From sequence record DRR723986_2455: a DNA stretch of 64,000 nucleotides. One strand, given 5' to 3'. The translations under genes and the position numbers were made by a program. Below, piece by piece: positions 33,306 to 45,949 of the stretch. Every line of letters starts with the position of its first letter. The first letter of the stretch is position 1. The notes below the pieces were generated by a model. That model had not been told where the DNA came from, made no database searches, and saw nothing but the letters and a program-made list of their open reading frames with translations.

Positions 33306-34625
33306 TTGCTTTTTGAGCGACCCAACTCAGGTGAGCGGGCAATACTTGTTCATCTGAACCTTAATAGTGAGGATGAGCGTGAAGACGCCGACGAATTTGT
33401 TCAGCTCGTTACCTCGGCGGGCGGTGATCCCGTTGCGTTCATTACGGGGCAGCGTCAGCATCCCGACCCCCGATCTTTTGTGGGGTCGGGAAAGCTCGCG
33501 GAAATTCGTCAGGCCCTGCAAGACCACGACGGCGAGCTGGTACTGTTTAACCATGCGCTGTCGCCAAGCCAAGAGCGAAATATTGAGCGCGAACTCCAGT
33601 GTCGCGTTCTCGACCGCACCGGTCTGATTCTGGATATTTTCGCCCAGCGAGCCCGTACCCACGAAGGTAAACTCCAAGTCGAGCTCGCTCAGCTCGAGCA
33701 CATGTCTACCCGCCTAATTCGTGGCTGGACTCACCTTGAGCGGCAGAAGGGCGGTATCGGTCTGCGTGGCCCGGGCGAAACCCAGCTCGAAACCGACCGA
33801 CGCTTACTGCGTGCACGTATCAAAAGCATTCAATCGCGCTTATCGAAGGTTCGGCGTCAGCGAGACCAAGCGCGCCGGGCGCGGCAGCGCGCCGATATTC
33901 CTGCGGTATCCCTAGTCGGCTACACCAATGCGGGCAAGTCCACTTTGTTCAATGTGCTCACTGAGTCAACGGTCTACGCCGCTGATCAATTGTTCGCCAC
34001 CCTGGATCCTACGCTGCGTCGCATTCAAGTCGACGATGTGGGGCCGGTCGTGCTGGCAGATACGGTGGGTTTTATCCGCCACTTGCCGCATAAGCTGGTG
34101 GAGGCTTTTCGTGCAACGCTGGAAGAGGCGACGCTCGCGGATTTGTTGGTTCACGTGGTCGACTGTGCAGACCCGGAGCGCAGTGACAATGTCCGGCAAG
34201 TAAAGAATGTATTGGAAGAGATTGGTGCCGACAGCATTCCTGTGCTGGAGGTGTATAACAAAACCGATCTATTGGGTACAACGCCGCGTATCGAAAGAAA
34301 CGAGCACGGTGATGTGACACGGGTGTGGCTGTCGGCGCAGCGCCAGCAAGGGCTGGAGCTGTTGGGTGACGCGCTGGCAGAAATTCTCAGTGGCGATATC
34401 GTTGAGCCAGAGCTTGTGCTCAATGCCAGCGACGGCCGCTTGCGTGCCAGGCTCTATCAACTCAATGCGATTCAGTCTGAGCAGCTCGATGACGCGGGGC
34501 GCTTTCACCTGAAATTGCGCTTACCGTCGGTCGATTGGCAGCGTTTTTTAGCCGCTGAGTCGCTGAGCGAGGCGTCGCTCAACACCCAGCAAAGCAGTGA
34601 CGAAATGTCGCCTACACGGCGTTAG
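33306..34625 (+). CDS. hflX: Ribosome rescue GTPase HflX
   Basis: GPGETQLETDRR, GYTNAGKS, DTVGF, NKTD. Confidence 0.97.
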   Translation: MLFERPNSGERAILVHLNLNSEDEREDADEFVQLVTSAGGDPVAFITGQRQHPDPRSFVGSGKLAEIRQALQDHDGELVLFNHALSPSQERNIERELQCRVLDRTGLILDIFAQRARTHEGKLQVELAQLEHMSTRLIRGWTHLERQKGGIGLRGPGETQLETDRRLLRARIKSIQSRLSKVRRQRDQARRARQRADIPAVSLVGYTNAGKSTLFNVLTESTVYAADQLFATLDPTLRRIQVDDVGPVVLADTVGFIRHLPHKLVEAFRATLEEATLADLLVHVVDCADPERSDNVRQVKNVLEEIGADSIPVLEVYNKTDLLGTTPRIERNEHGDVTRVWLSAQRQQGLELLGDALAEILSGDIVEPELVLNASDGRLRARLYQLNAIQSEQLDDAGRFHLKLRLPSVDWQRFLAAESLSEASLNTQQSSDEMSPTRR

Positions 34626-34735
34626 CAGGGCAGGGTAAATCTGCTAGACTGCCCCTCTAATCAACAGCTTGGCGTCTTAATCTGCCATCGGCTTTCTTCG
34701 GAAAGCGGGCAATGACATACGGACAGGAGAAAACT

Positions 34736-35875
34736 ATGGCCTGGAATGAACCGGGTGGTGGTCGCGATAACGACCCTTGGGGTGGCAAAAATCAAGGGCC
34801 GCCGGACTTAGACGAGGCGCTGAAAAAGTTGCAAGAGCGGCTCAATAGCCTCTTCGGTGGTGGCAGCGGTGGCCAAGGCGGAAATGGCGGCGGCGTAAAA
34901 CTGGGAATGGGCAGCATTGGTGCCCTCGCGGTGTTGGCCGTTGCAGTGTGGGCGCTATTTGGTTTTTATCAGGTAGACCAGCAAGAGCGCGCGGTGGTGT
35001 TGCGCCTGGGTGTCTACCAACAAACGGTGATGCCGGGTTTGCGTTGGGCGCCGCCGATTATCGACGATGTGAATATTATTAACGTCACCAAGGTTCGTGC
35101 GGCCGCGAGTCGCGGGCAAATGCTGACTGAGGACGAAAATATTGTCGATATTTCAGTCTCTGTGCAGTACACCGTTTCGGATCCCGCTAACTTTTTGCTG
35201 AAAGTGAAGCGTCCTGAATTGAGCTTGGAACACGCGCTGGAAAGTGCGCTCCGCCACGTGGTGGGTAGCTCGAAAATGGATCAGGTGATTACTGAAGGGC
35301 GTGAGCAGGTCGCCATTGAAACGCAGGCTCGTATGCAGAACTACCTCACTGCCTACCAAAGCGGCATCCAGGTGGCGAAAGTGAATATCGAAGACGCTCA
35401 GCCGCCGTCGCAAGTACAGGACGCGTTTGATGATGTAACGCGGGCGAAGGAAGACCGTGAGCGCCTCAAGAACGAGGCCGAGGCCTATGCCAACGGCATC
35501 ATTCCTGAGGCGCGCGGTGCGGCACAACGTCAACTCGAAGAAGCTCAGGCATATAAAGAGCAAGTCATTGCCAAGGCCGAGGGTGAGGCCCAGCGCTTTA
35601 GCGAGTTGGTGGCAGAGTACAAGAAGTCACCAAAGGTAACTCGTGAGCGCTTGTACATTGATGCTTTGCAGGCGCTCTACGCAGATTCAAGCAAGGTGAT
35701 GGTCGACGTAGAAGGTGGCAACAATATGATGTATCTGCCCTTAGACAAGCTGGCCAACCAGCGTGCGGCCTCTCGCCCTATGCGAGACCAAGAGGTGGAT
35801 ATTCGCCAGCTGACCGACAAGGTTGTAGAGCAGTTGCGCCGGGACAGTCAGTTTAGCCGCCGGGAGGGACGTTGA
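34736..35875 (+). CDS. hflK: FtsH modulator HflK
   Basis: MAWNEPG..QGPPDLDE; SPFH domain. Confidence 0.96.
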   Translation: MAWNEPGGGRDNDPWGGKNQGPPDLDEALKKLQERLNSLFGGGSGGQGGNGGGVKLGMGSIGALAVLAVAVWALFGFYQVDQQERAVVLRLGVYQQTVMPGLRWAPPIIDDVNIINVTKVRAAASRGQMLTEDENIVDISVSVQYTVSDPANFLLKVKRPELSLEHALESALRHVVGSSKMDQVITEGREQVAIETQARMQNYLTAYQSGIQVAKVNIEDAQPPSQVQDAFDDVTRAKEDRERLKNEAEAYANGIIPEARGAAQRQLEEAQAYKEQVIAKAEGEAQRFSELVAEYKKSPKVTRERLYIDALQALYADSSKVMVDVEGGNNMMYLPLDKLANQRAASRPMRDQEVDIRQLTDKVVEQLRRDSQFSRREGR

Positions 35876-35877
35876 TC

Positions 35878-36750
35878 ATGGCAAATCGTCAATTTACGGT
35901 ATTACTGTTAGCGCTGGCGGTATTGGTCGTTGGCTATAACTCCCTGTTTATTGTCAAGGAAACCGAGCGAGCGGTAATGCTCAAGTTCGGTGAGATTGTC
36001 GACCCTGATGTGGCAGTCGGTTTGGGTGTTAAAACACCTTTTGTCCATGTGGTGCGCAAATTTGAGCGCCGGATATTGACTCTGGATGCCCCGACCCAGC
36101 GCTTCCTTACCAACGAGAAGAAGCCCTTGGATGTAGACTTCTATGCCAAGTGGCGTGTTGCGGACACGGAAACGTTTTACACCGCCACCAATGGCGAGGA
36201 AATTCGCGCCGAGGGCCTGTTGGCGCAGCGTATTAATACTGGCCTGCGGAATAAATTCGGTGAGCGCACCTTCCACGAGGTGGTGTCCGGTGAGCGCGAC
36301 CTGCTGATGACGGATCTGACCAGTGAGCTGAACAAGATCACGATGGCGGAATTCGGGATTAAGTTGGTCGATGTCAGGGTGAAGCGTATCGACCTGCCCT
36401 CGCAGGTAAGTCAGTCGGTATTTGACCGGATGAAGTCAGAGCGTGAGCGCGAGGCACGCGAGCAGCGCTCAACAGGGCGCGAGCTGGCCGAGAAAATTCG
36501 TGCGACAGCGGACCGCGAGCGCACGATCATTGCTGCCAACGCCTACCGCGATGCTGAAGTGATTCGCGGTGAGGGTGACGCCCAGGCGGCACAAATTTAC
36601 TCGTCTGCCTACAATGCCGACCCCGAGTTTTATGCCTTCGTCCGCAGCCTTACTGCGTACAAAGCGTCATTCTCTGGTGATGGCGACCTGCTGGTACTGG
36701 ACAGTGACAGCGAATTCTTCCGCTATCTGAGAAAGGGCAGCGTAAAGTAA
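35878..36750 (+). CDS. hflC: FtsH modulator HflC
   Basis: DVRVKRIDLP, DPEFYAFVRSL. Confidence 0.96.
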   Translation: MANRQFTVLLLALAVLVVGYNSLFIVKETERAVMLKFGEIVDPDVAVGLGVKTPFVHVVRKFERRILTLDAPTQRFLTNEKKPLDVDFYAKWRVADTETFYTATNGEEIRAEGLLAQRINTGLRNKFGERTFHEVVSGERDLLMTDLTSELNKITMAEFGIKLVDVRVKRIDLPSQVSQSVFDRMKSEREREAREQRSTGRELAEKIRATADRERTIIAANAYRDAEVIRGEGDAQAAQIYSSAYNADPEFYAFVRSLTAYKASFSGDGDLLVLDSDSEFFRYLRKGSVK

Positions 36751-36896
36751 TGTGACTAGTTGGCAGCGGCGCGTCGAAAGCGCCCTGCCAATGCCGCCAT
36801 TGGCGGCGATTGTGGTATCATCCGCGAATCCGGGCAGGGGACATGCAAGCAGCACGTTTCCTGGCGCGGATTTTTTGTTTTTAGCGGGTGGGATCA

Positions 36897-37082
36897 ATGT
36901 GGCAGGAATTGGCAGTGGCCCTCAGCTTAGTGCTGATCATTGAAGGTATTTTGCCCTTTCTGAGTCCTGACCGCTGGCGCATGCTGGCCTATCGCATGGC
37001 TGATTTAGACAGTCGTTCTGTTAGGTGGGTGGGCCTGCTGAGTATGGTGACCGGCCTGCTAATGCTGAGCGTCTTGCGCTGA
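36897..37082 (+). CDS. DUF2065 (YjeT-like) small membrane protein
   Basis: LVLIIEGILPFLSP; position after hflC. Confidence 0.85.
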   Translation: MWQELAVALSLVLIIEGILPFLSPDRWRMLAYRMADLDSRSVRWVGLLSMVTGLLMLSVLR

Positions 37083-37102
37083 CTTCAAGAGATTGTGGAT
37101 TT

Positions 37103-39594
<2,492 letters not shown>

Positions 39595-39638
39595 GTAAGC
39601 GGCGGCGATCTCAGGCTTTGCTGCCAAGATCGAGTGAT

Positions 39639-39673
39639 AAAAAAAGGCCATGCATTGCTGCATGGCCTTTTTT
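39639..39673. terminator. Bidirectional intrinsic terminator between purA and the porin
   Basis: A7-ggccatgca-ttgc-tgcatggcc-T6. Confidence 0.9.
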
Positions 39674-39691
39674 GTTTCCGGGGTCGTTAGC

Positions 39692-41038
39692 TTAGAACGC
39701 CCACTGTGTGCGGATAGCAAAGCTGTCTATATTGTCAGCAACCTCGCCTTTATCGTTCTGGATCGCGCCGCCGTCCAGGTCGTAGCTGCGGCTGTAATCA
39801 AACAGCACGCGCATGTTGCGGCTCAGATACCAGTTCAAGCCCAGGGTAAAGCGCTTGGCTTCGCCGCCACTGATATTGTCATCTTCCAGATCAATTTGAT
39901 CAAAGCGCGCAGCGACTTCCAATGCGCCCCAGTCGCCGGTGCTGGCATTGAATGGCGTATTCACATTGAAGTACTTAAATTCGCCTTCAGACGCTTTGTA
40001 GCGGCGTTGACCACCAAAGATACTGTAGCCGAGTTGCACGTAGTGTGCGGAAAAGCTCAGGTCGTCGCCACTGTCACGGCTAACATTGTTCGCTGCAATC
40101 TCACTTTGTACCGACCACGCACCGTGCATGGCGGCAAATTCGAAAACGCCTATCTCGACCTTGTCCATGTCGGCAACGCTGGCGTTAACGGGCTTAAGGT
40201 CAGAGAAGTTAGTGGTTTTATATGAGAACGAGGGGCTCTTGCCATTCGCCAAACCGTCGTCGCTGGTTTTGCGCAGGCCATACGATGCACCCACGTGGAC
40301 AACGGTATTGTCATTCAGAACCGGGGCGAAGCTGGCGCGCGCGCCGAAACCATGGCCTTCATCGGCATCATTATTAGAAATGCCGTCGCCGAACAAACCG
40401 GCTTTGGCGTGCCAGTTGCTGCCACCGCTGGCTGCTGTGATGCCAATGGCGCGGTCAAAGTAGGGCGTGGTGAGTGCAGCAACCAGTGAACGCTCGGTGA
40501 ACATAATGTCGTTAGAGCTTTCTTCTACTTCCATGCTGACAGCATGCTTTTGGTTACCGACAGTCAGTGTGATCGGGGCAGAGGTCAGCTTGTAACTCAG
40601 GTTGGCGTCTTTAACGCTGACCTTGTTGCCCGCGAAGTCACTTTCCAATACGTACTTCCAGCGACCGTTCAGTTTGCCTTTAGCGTAGAGACGAGCGCGG
40701 CGGATTTGTGTGCCGTCAATTGCATCTTCCTGGTTGGCGAACGCTTCGTGGTCGTGTGTGGCGTAGTCGGCGTGCAGGCGACCGCCAATTTGTATGCTGG
40801 CTCGCTTGTCCGCACTTTCAATCTTCAGGCCTTTGCTGCCCATGCTGACGGTCGCTTGCTGTTGTGCGTGTCGCGCTTGTTCGGCCTGCAGTGATTGCGC
40901 TTCCTCGGCACTGATAATGCCTTTTTCTTGTAGAAGCTTCAGTAGGGCGGAGTCCTGCTGGTTATCGGCGAAGGCGTGGCTGGTTGCAAGGCAGGCTGCA
41001 ATTGATGCGCTGCATGCTAAAGAAGAGATCGTTTTCAT
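39692..41038 (-). CDS. Phosphate-selective porin, OprO/OprP family
   Basis: GGRLHAD, IRRARL, FTERS, TLGLNWY; terminal F; upstream PHO box. Confidence 0.85.
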   Translation of the reverse strand: MKTISSLACSASIAACLATSHAFADNQQDSALLKLLQEKGIISAEEAQSLQAEQARHAQQQATVSMGSKGLKIESADKRASIQIGGRLHADYATHDHEAFANQEDAIDGTQIRRARLYAKGKLNGRWKYVLESDFAGNKVSVKDANLSYKLTSAPITLTVGNQKHAVSMEVEESSNDIMFTERSLVAALTTPYFDRAIGITAASGGSNWHAKAGLFGDGISNNDADEGHGFGARASFAPVLNDNTVVHVGASYGLRKTSDDGLANGKSPSFSYKTTNFSDLKPVNASVADMDKVEIGVFEFAAMHGAWSVQSEIAANNVSRDSGDDLSFSAHYVQLGYSIFGGQRRYKASEGEFKYFNVNTPFNASTGDWGALEVAARFDQIDLEDDNISGGEAKRFTLGLNWYLSRNMRVLFDYSRSYDLDGGAIQNDKGEVADNIDSFAIRTQWAF

Positions 41039-41091
41039 TGTTTAGGCACCCAAAATGAAAGAAGTGGCACTTATGTTACAAACCGGCGACA

Positions 41092-41125
41092 AGTGTATTT
41101 CTGTTTTATGACATTTTTATGACTT
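41092..41125 (-). promoter_or_regulatory. PHO box and -10 element driving the porin
   Basis: Minus strand aagtcat-aaaa-atgtcat (11-bp repeat), then 10 nt, then TACACT. Confidence 0.75.
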
Positions 41126-41272
41126 ACAGGTGGCATTACTCCCTGTTTTTTACCAGGTGGGGGCTCGCTGAGCCCCTGCGTTGTTCTCTAAGGCCTTGTT
41201 ATTCAAATACAAATTAGCTTCTTATGGCGGCTTTGTCTAAAAAATAAGCAAAAAACACCGGCTGAAACATTT

Positions 41273-41317
41273 TCGTCATAGTTTATTCACTGAGTTGTCA
41301 CTTTGCCTGCCTAACAT
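41273..41317 (+). promoter_or_regulatory. PHO box (three half-sites) and -10 element driving lipoprotein/TBDR
   Basis: tcgtcat, tattcac, ttgtcac at 11-bp spacing (41273, 41284, 41295), then 10 nt, then TAACAT. Confidence 0.7.
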
Positions 41318-41373
41318 ACGCCTCAACGACAACAAGCTATGCCCTATTTAAAAGGTTCCGGAGATAAGTTCCC

Positions 41374-43050
41374 ATGAAAAAGCTTTTCGCAATGACAGCA
41401 ATGGCCTCAGCGATGGCGCTGGTAGGCTGTGGTGGTGGCGGTGATATTAATATCAACGCCCAAAACAACTCTGTAGACAACAGCACCGGGAATGGTGGCG
41501 GTACGCCTTCCAATGCCTGTGCGTCTTACAGCGATAACGGCGTAACCCAGCAAGGCAGCCTGGACGGTGTGAACTGCATCTACGGTCCTGACTTCGTGAG
41601 CCTGACCAACCCGATCGAAACGCCTGCCGGCAACCCGGTTGTATTTGCCAAGCTGAGCAACGGCGGTGTGCACATCTTCCGCGATAGCCTGGTAGTGGGT
41701 AAAAACTACGATAACGATGCAGACTTGAATGCAGCAGGCATCACCAAGGGTGGTGACGGTGCAAGCATTCAGATCGAAGCTGGCACTACGTTGGCCTTCC
41801 AGTCTAGCGACGATTACATGGTAATTAACCGTGGTTCGCAAATCATTGCTGAAGGCGAGATGAACGCGCCCATCACTATCACGTCAGTGTCAGATGCTGT
41901 GGAAGATTCCGTTGGCGCTGAGGACGTGCAACAGTGGGGCGGTTTGATCATTAACGGCTTCGGTGTCACCAATAAGTGTTCTTACACCGGCTCTTTTGCG
42001 AACAACAACTTGGCGACCAGTGACTGTCACGTTGCTGCAGAAGGTAAAGCGGGCGCTGGCCAAACGCATTACGGCGGTGACAACAACGAAGATAGCTCGG
42101 GTACGCTGGAATACTTCATTGTTAAGCACACCGGTTTCGAAGTTGAGGAAGACAACGAGCTGAACGGTATTTCTTTCAACGCTGTTGGATCGGGCACCAC
42201 GGTTGATTACCTGCAAGCCTACTCAACTTACGACGACGGCATCGAATTCTTCGGTGGTGCGGTAAACGTGGGTCACTACATCGGCATGTACGTGCGTGAC
42301 GACTCTATCGACATCGATGAAGGCTACCGCGGCACGATCGACTACGCACTGGTTATTCAGTCTGAGAACGACGGCAACCGCTGTGTAGAGTCTGACGGTA
42401 TCGGCAGCTACTCAAGCAAAGACCAGGCAACTATTGATGACTTCATCGCTCGCGGCTTGAACTCACAAGCAACCATCAAGAACCTGACTTGTATTGTGTC
42501 CGCGACAGAGGTGAGTGGTCAGCCAAACGGTACTGGTACTCATGATCCCGGTCAGGGCATGCGTATTCGTGAAGCGCATTTCCCAACTATCCAAAATGCC
42601 CTGATCACCACCGCTTACAAAGGTGATGTGAAGCTGGCGGATGACGACTACAACTACTGTGTGCGCATTGACAACGAAGGCCTGCAAGCGGCTCAAGATG
42701 GCGATCTGAAAATTGAGAGCAGCATCATTGCTTGTCAGGACCTGACGGATGGCGGCGATCTGCCCAATGGCACCACGCAGCTGCAGTTCTTGCAGGCCAG
42801 CAACGACACTTACCAGTCGCTGGAAGCGGGTGAAGATCCCACTGCAGATGCGAATGCCAATCTGGAAATCCTGAAAGGCTTCTACTCGCTGCCACTGGCC
42901 GACATGAAAGTGAACGGTGCTGCCCCAACAGTAACACCCGCTGATGGTCGTGCCTTCATCGGCGCAGTCACCGAAGACGATGACTGGACTGCGGGTTGGG
43001 CCTACGGCCTGGACCCTGCCAACCGCGGCCAAGGCCTGTGGTTCGAATAA
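41374..43050 (+). CDS. Acidic surface lipoprotein, probable beta-helix fold
   Basis: Lipobox LVGC; WGGLIING, DNELNGISF..VGSGT, DDGIEFFGG, DDSIDIDEGY. Confidence 0.75.
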   Translation: MKKLFAMTAMASAMALVGCGGGGDININAQNNSVDNSTGNGGGTPSNACASYSDNGVTQQGSLDGVNCIYGPDFVSLTNPIETPAGNPVVFAKLSNGGVHIFRDSLVVGKNYDNDADLNAAGITKGGDGASIQIEAGTTLAFQSSDDYMVINRGSQIIAEGEMNAPITITSVSDAVEDSVGAEDVQQWGGLIINGFGVTNKCSYTGSFANNNLATSDCHVAAEGKAGAGQTHYGGDNNEDSSGTLEYFIVKHTGFEVEEDNELNGISFNAVGSGTTVDYLQAYSTYDDGIEFFGGAVNVGHYIGMYVRDDSIDIDEGYRGTIDYALVIQSENDGNRCVESDGIGSYSSKDQATIDDFIARGLNSQATIKNLTCIVSATEVSGQPNGTGTHDPGQGMRIREAHFPTIQNALITTAYKGDVKLADDDYNYCVRIDNEGLQAAQDGDLKIESSIIACQDLTDGGDLPNGTTQLQFLQASNDTYQSLEAGEDPTADANANLEILKGFYSLPLADMKVNGAAPTVTPADGRAFIGAVTEDDDWTAGWAYGLDPANRGQGLWFE

Positions 43051-43084
43051 GCGAACGCAGAGTCTAACGCCAGAGCCGTAAAAC

Positions 43085-43110
43085 AGAGGGCGCCTTACGG
43101 CGCCCTTTCT
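43085..43110 (+). terminator. Intercistronic hairpin between lipoprotein and TBDR
   Basis: agagggcgcc-ttac-ggcgcccttt. Confidence 0.7.
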
Positions 43111-43146
43111 GTTGAAGACAGGTCAAATACGAGTAGGTCTTTACTG

Positions 43147-45855
43147 ATGAAAAAGCAGATGATTAAAAAAGGGTTGCTGCCGGCATTTAGCCTGAGCGCT
43201 CTTAGCCTCGCCGTTTCGGCGGTGGCGCAAGAGGCCGACAGCGACCTCAGTTTTAACAAGCCACTGGAAGAAGTGGTTGTTGTTGGCCGCCTGAAGAGCA
43301 CCGCCGAAAACCTGGTGATTGAACGGCTGGAGCAAGAAGTCGCGGTGGATTTTCTCGGGGCTGAGGCGATTGGTCGTATCGGTGATTCAACCGTTGCTGC
43401 CGCGCTGCGCCGCGTGCCCGGTGTTACCTTAATTGATGACAAGTTTGTTTTTGTCCGCGGTTTGGGTGAGCGTTACTCAAGCACCTTGTTAAACGGTGCA
43501 GTGGTTCCCTCTCCAGACCTGACGCGCAGTGTTATTCCGCTGGATATTTTCCCAACGTCCATCGTTGAGAGCCTGGCGGTTCAGAAGGTGCATTCCTCTG
43601 ATATGCCGGCCGCTTTTGGTGGTGGTAATGTGGACATACGCACTAAAGGTATTCCCAGTGATCTGGTGTTTAGCCTTGAGATTGGCACGGACTACAACAG
43701 TGCCTCCGACGGCCGACTGCTGACCTACAAAGGCGGCAGTGACGATATTTATGGCAACGACGATGGCACGCGGGCGCTTTCTTACAAGCTCAAGCAAGCG
43801 CTGCGTCAATACGGCGGTAGCCTCGATCGTAACGATATTCTCGCCGATATGCGCCAGTCAAACCCCAATGCAACACTGGCCGATGCTGAACAGCTCAACC
43901 GTGAGTTGGCGTTGAACCTGTATCGCAATATCGATATTTACGAAACCGATGACGACGATAACTTCTCTGCTGAAGTTAACGCCGGCAACCGTTTCTATCT
44001 TGGCGATGCCGAAGAGATTGAGTTTGGTGTGTTGGCCGGGCTGTCCTATGACCGCAGCTGGCGCAATAAGTCGTCGGAAGTGCGTTCGGTATCTGACGAG
44101 GACGAAGCCGAGTTCAAAAACGAGACAACGCAGAACACATCGATTGCTGCCAACCTGAATTTTGGTTTGCGCTTGAACGAAGATCACTCGCTGGAAACAA
44201 CCAGCCTTTATCTTCGTAACACCGACGACAAAACCTCAGTCACCGATAGTTATGACAACGATCAGCCTGTGGGCGGGGACATCTCGGACCGTCAATTCAG
44301 AATTCGTTTTGAACAGCGCGAGCTGGTGGTGAATCAAATTCGCGGTGAACATACTTTCGGTGAGTTGAGCCGCGAGCAGTTGGGCTGGGATCAGTTGGCC
44401 TTTGCCGAAGGCTTGAGCTTTAACTGGTTCTACTCCGACAGTGAATCGACGACTGAGATCCCCAACGAAGTTGCGGTGCAGACACGTCATGTAGAAGGCC
44501 CGAATGGCAGCACCACCGTTGCCGCAAACGCGACGGCTGCCGACTACCGTTTTACCGATCTCCAGGATGAAGTTGAGAGTTACGGTTGGGAAGTGAAAAT
44601 GCCGTTCTCCAGCATGGATTGGAAAGTTGAGCTGAGCGGTGGTAACGAGTATTGGGAAAAGGCGCGTACCTATCGCCAGACCCAGTTCGGCCTGGGCTCA
44701 GTGGACGCATCGGATGCAGTGCGCAGCGGCCCACTGGATCGCGTCTACAGTGACGCGAATATTCTCGACCCCAACAATGGCTATCAAATCCAGGTGGCTG
44801 GCAGTAACTCCGAAAGTTACATTGCCGCCAACCGCGTCGATGCCTACTACGGTAAGCTCGACGTTACCTGGCAGGATACCTGGCGCGTTGTTGCTGGTTT
44901 GCGCTACGAAGACTATCAGCAGGTGGGTTTGACCTGGGATCCGCTCGACTTTGACGGTATTCCTGTCGTGAGCAATGAGTCCGGTGGTCAGCAGGCGATC
45001 ATCGATGAGCTCGAAAATGCAGTCTTCACCGACGACGATACCTTCGCTTCGCTCGCGGCAACGTACATGCTGCCCGGCTTCTGGGCCGAGGACTTCCAGC
45101 TGCGCTTTGGCTACAGTGAAACGACGGTTCGCCCGGACCTGCGTGAAATTGCTGACTCCAGCTACGTGGACCCAGTGACTGGCGCGCTGGTGTTCGGTAA
45201 CCCCGATGTTCGCCCGGCGCAGTTTAAAAACTACGACCTGCGTGCGGAGTGGTTCTTTAGTAACAGCGACAGCTTCACCGCATCGTTGTTCTACAAGGAC
45301 ATCAGTGACCCGATTGAGCTGTTCCAAGCTGCGGCGGGGGACACCAACACCGCTGTTGAAATCGTCAATGCCGAAAGCGCGACGATTTTGGGTGCAGAAG
45401 TGGAGTTTATGAAGAGCCTCGGTGACTTTTCCGATGCGCTTATCCCCTTCTTCCTTCAGGGTAACTTGACTCTGCTGGATACCGAGCTGGTTGCCGGCAG
45501 CAATGCCGATGCGCCCACCAATGCTAAGCGCGACCTGGTTGGTGCCTCAGACTATGCGGCGAACTTGATTCTCGGGTTTGACTCGGCAGACGAAATGCAC
45601 GCGGCAACACTGTCTTACAATGTGTTTGGCGAGCGCCTTTACTTTGCCGGCCGCAATGGTGAGCCCGACGCTTTTGAGCAGCCTTTCCACTCATTGGATG
45701 CCACCTATTCTTTCTACCCGAACCAGTCCGTTATCGTGAAGGTGAAGGTGAAAAATATTCTGGATGAAGAGCTGGAAATCGAGCGCGACGGCAAGACCAC
45801 GTTCCGCGAGGAAGTGGGTACGACCTTTAGCGCTAGCATTGAATATGAATTCTAA
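43147..45855 (+). CDS. TonB-dependent receptor
   Basis: EEVVVVG TonB box, plug (ALRRVPGV..VRGLGERY), GNPD, KNILDE, terminal YEF. Confidence 0.93.
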   Translation: MKKQMIKKGLLPAFSLSALSLAVSAVAQEADSDLSFNKPLEEVVVVGRLKSTAENLVIERLEQEVAVDFLGAEAIGRIGDSTVAAALRRVPGVTLIDDKFVFVRGLGERYSSTLLNGAVVPSPDLTRSVIPLDIFPTSIVESLAVQKVHSSDMPAAFGGGNVDIRTKGIPSDLVFSLEIGTDYNSASDGRLLTYKGGSDDIYGNDDGTRALSYKLKQALRQYGGSLDRNDILADMRQSNPNATLADAEQLNRELALNLYRNIDIYETDDDDNFSAEVNAGNRFYLGDAEEIEFGVLAGLSYDRSWRNKSSEVRSVSDEDEAEFKNETTQNTSIAANLNFGLRLNEDHSLETTSLYLRNTDDKTSVTDSYDNDQPVGGDISDRQFRIRFEQRELVVNQIRGEHTFGELSREQLGWDQLAFAEGLSFNWFYSDSESTTEIPNEVAVQTRHVEGPNGSTTVAANATAADYRFTDLQDEVESYGWEVKMPFSSMDWKVELSGGNEYWEKARTYRQTQFGLGSVDASDAVRSGPLDRVYSDANILDPNNGYQIQVAGSNSESYIAANRVDAYYGKLDVTWQDTWRVVAGLRYEDYQQVGLTWDPLDFDGIPVVSNESGGQQAIIDELENAVFTDDDTFASLAATYMLPGFWAEDFQLRFGYSETTVRPDLREIADSSYVDPVTGALVFGNPDVRPAQFKNYDLRAEWFFSNSDSFTASLFYKDISDPIELFQAAAGDTNTAVEIVNAESATILGAEVEFMKSLGDFSDALIPFFLQGNLTLLDTELVAGSNADAPTNAKRDLVGASDYAANLILGFDSADEMHAATLSYNVFGERLYFAGRNGEPDAFEQPFHSLDATYSFYPNQSVIVKVKVKNILDEELEIERDGKTTFREEVGTTFSASIEYEF

Positions 45856-45875
45856 ATAAAGTCAGTAACCTTACT

Positions 45876-45900
45876 AAGGCGCCATTGAGGCGCCTTTTTT
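45876..45900 (+). terminator. Intrinsic terminator after TBDR
   Basis: aaggcgcc-attga-ggcgcctt plus T-run. Confidence 0.85.
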
Positions 45901-45949
45901 ATGCTCGGAATTGCTATACGGTATTAATACGCGACTTGCCGATGCCCGA

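Noticed and set aside
41374-43050. Ser/Thr kinase label sometimes given to similar lipoproteins
   Set aside because: No kinase motifs; the protein has a lipobox and is exported
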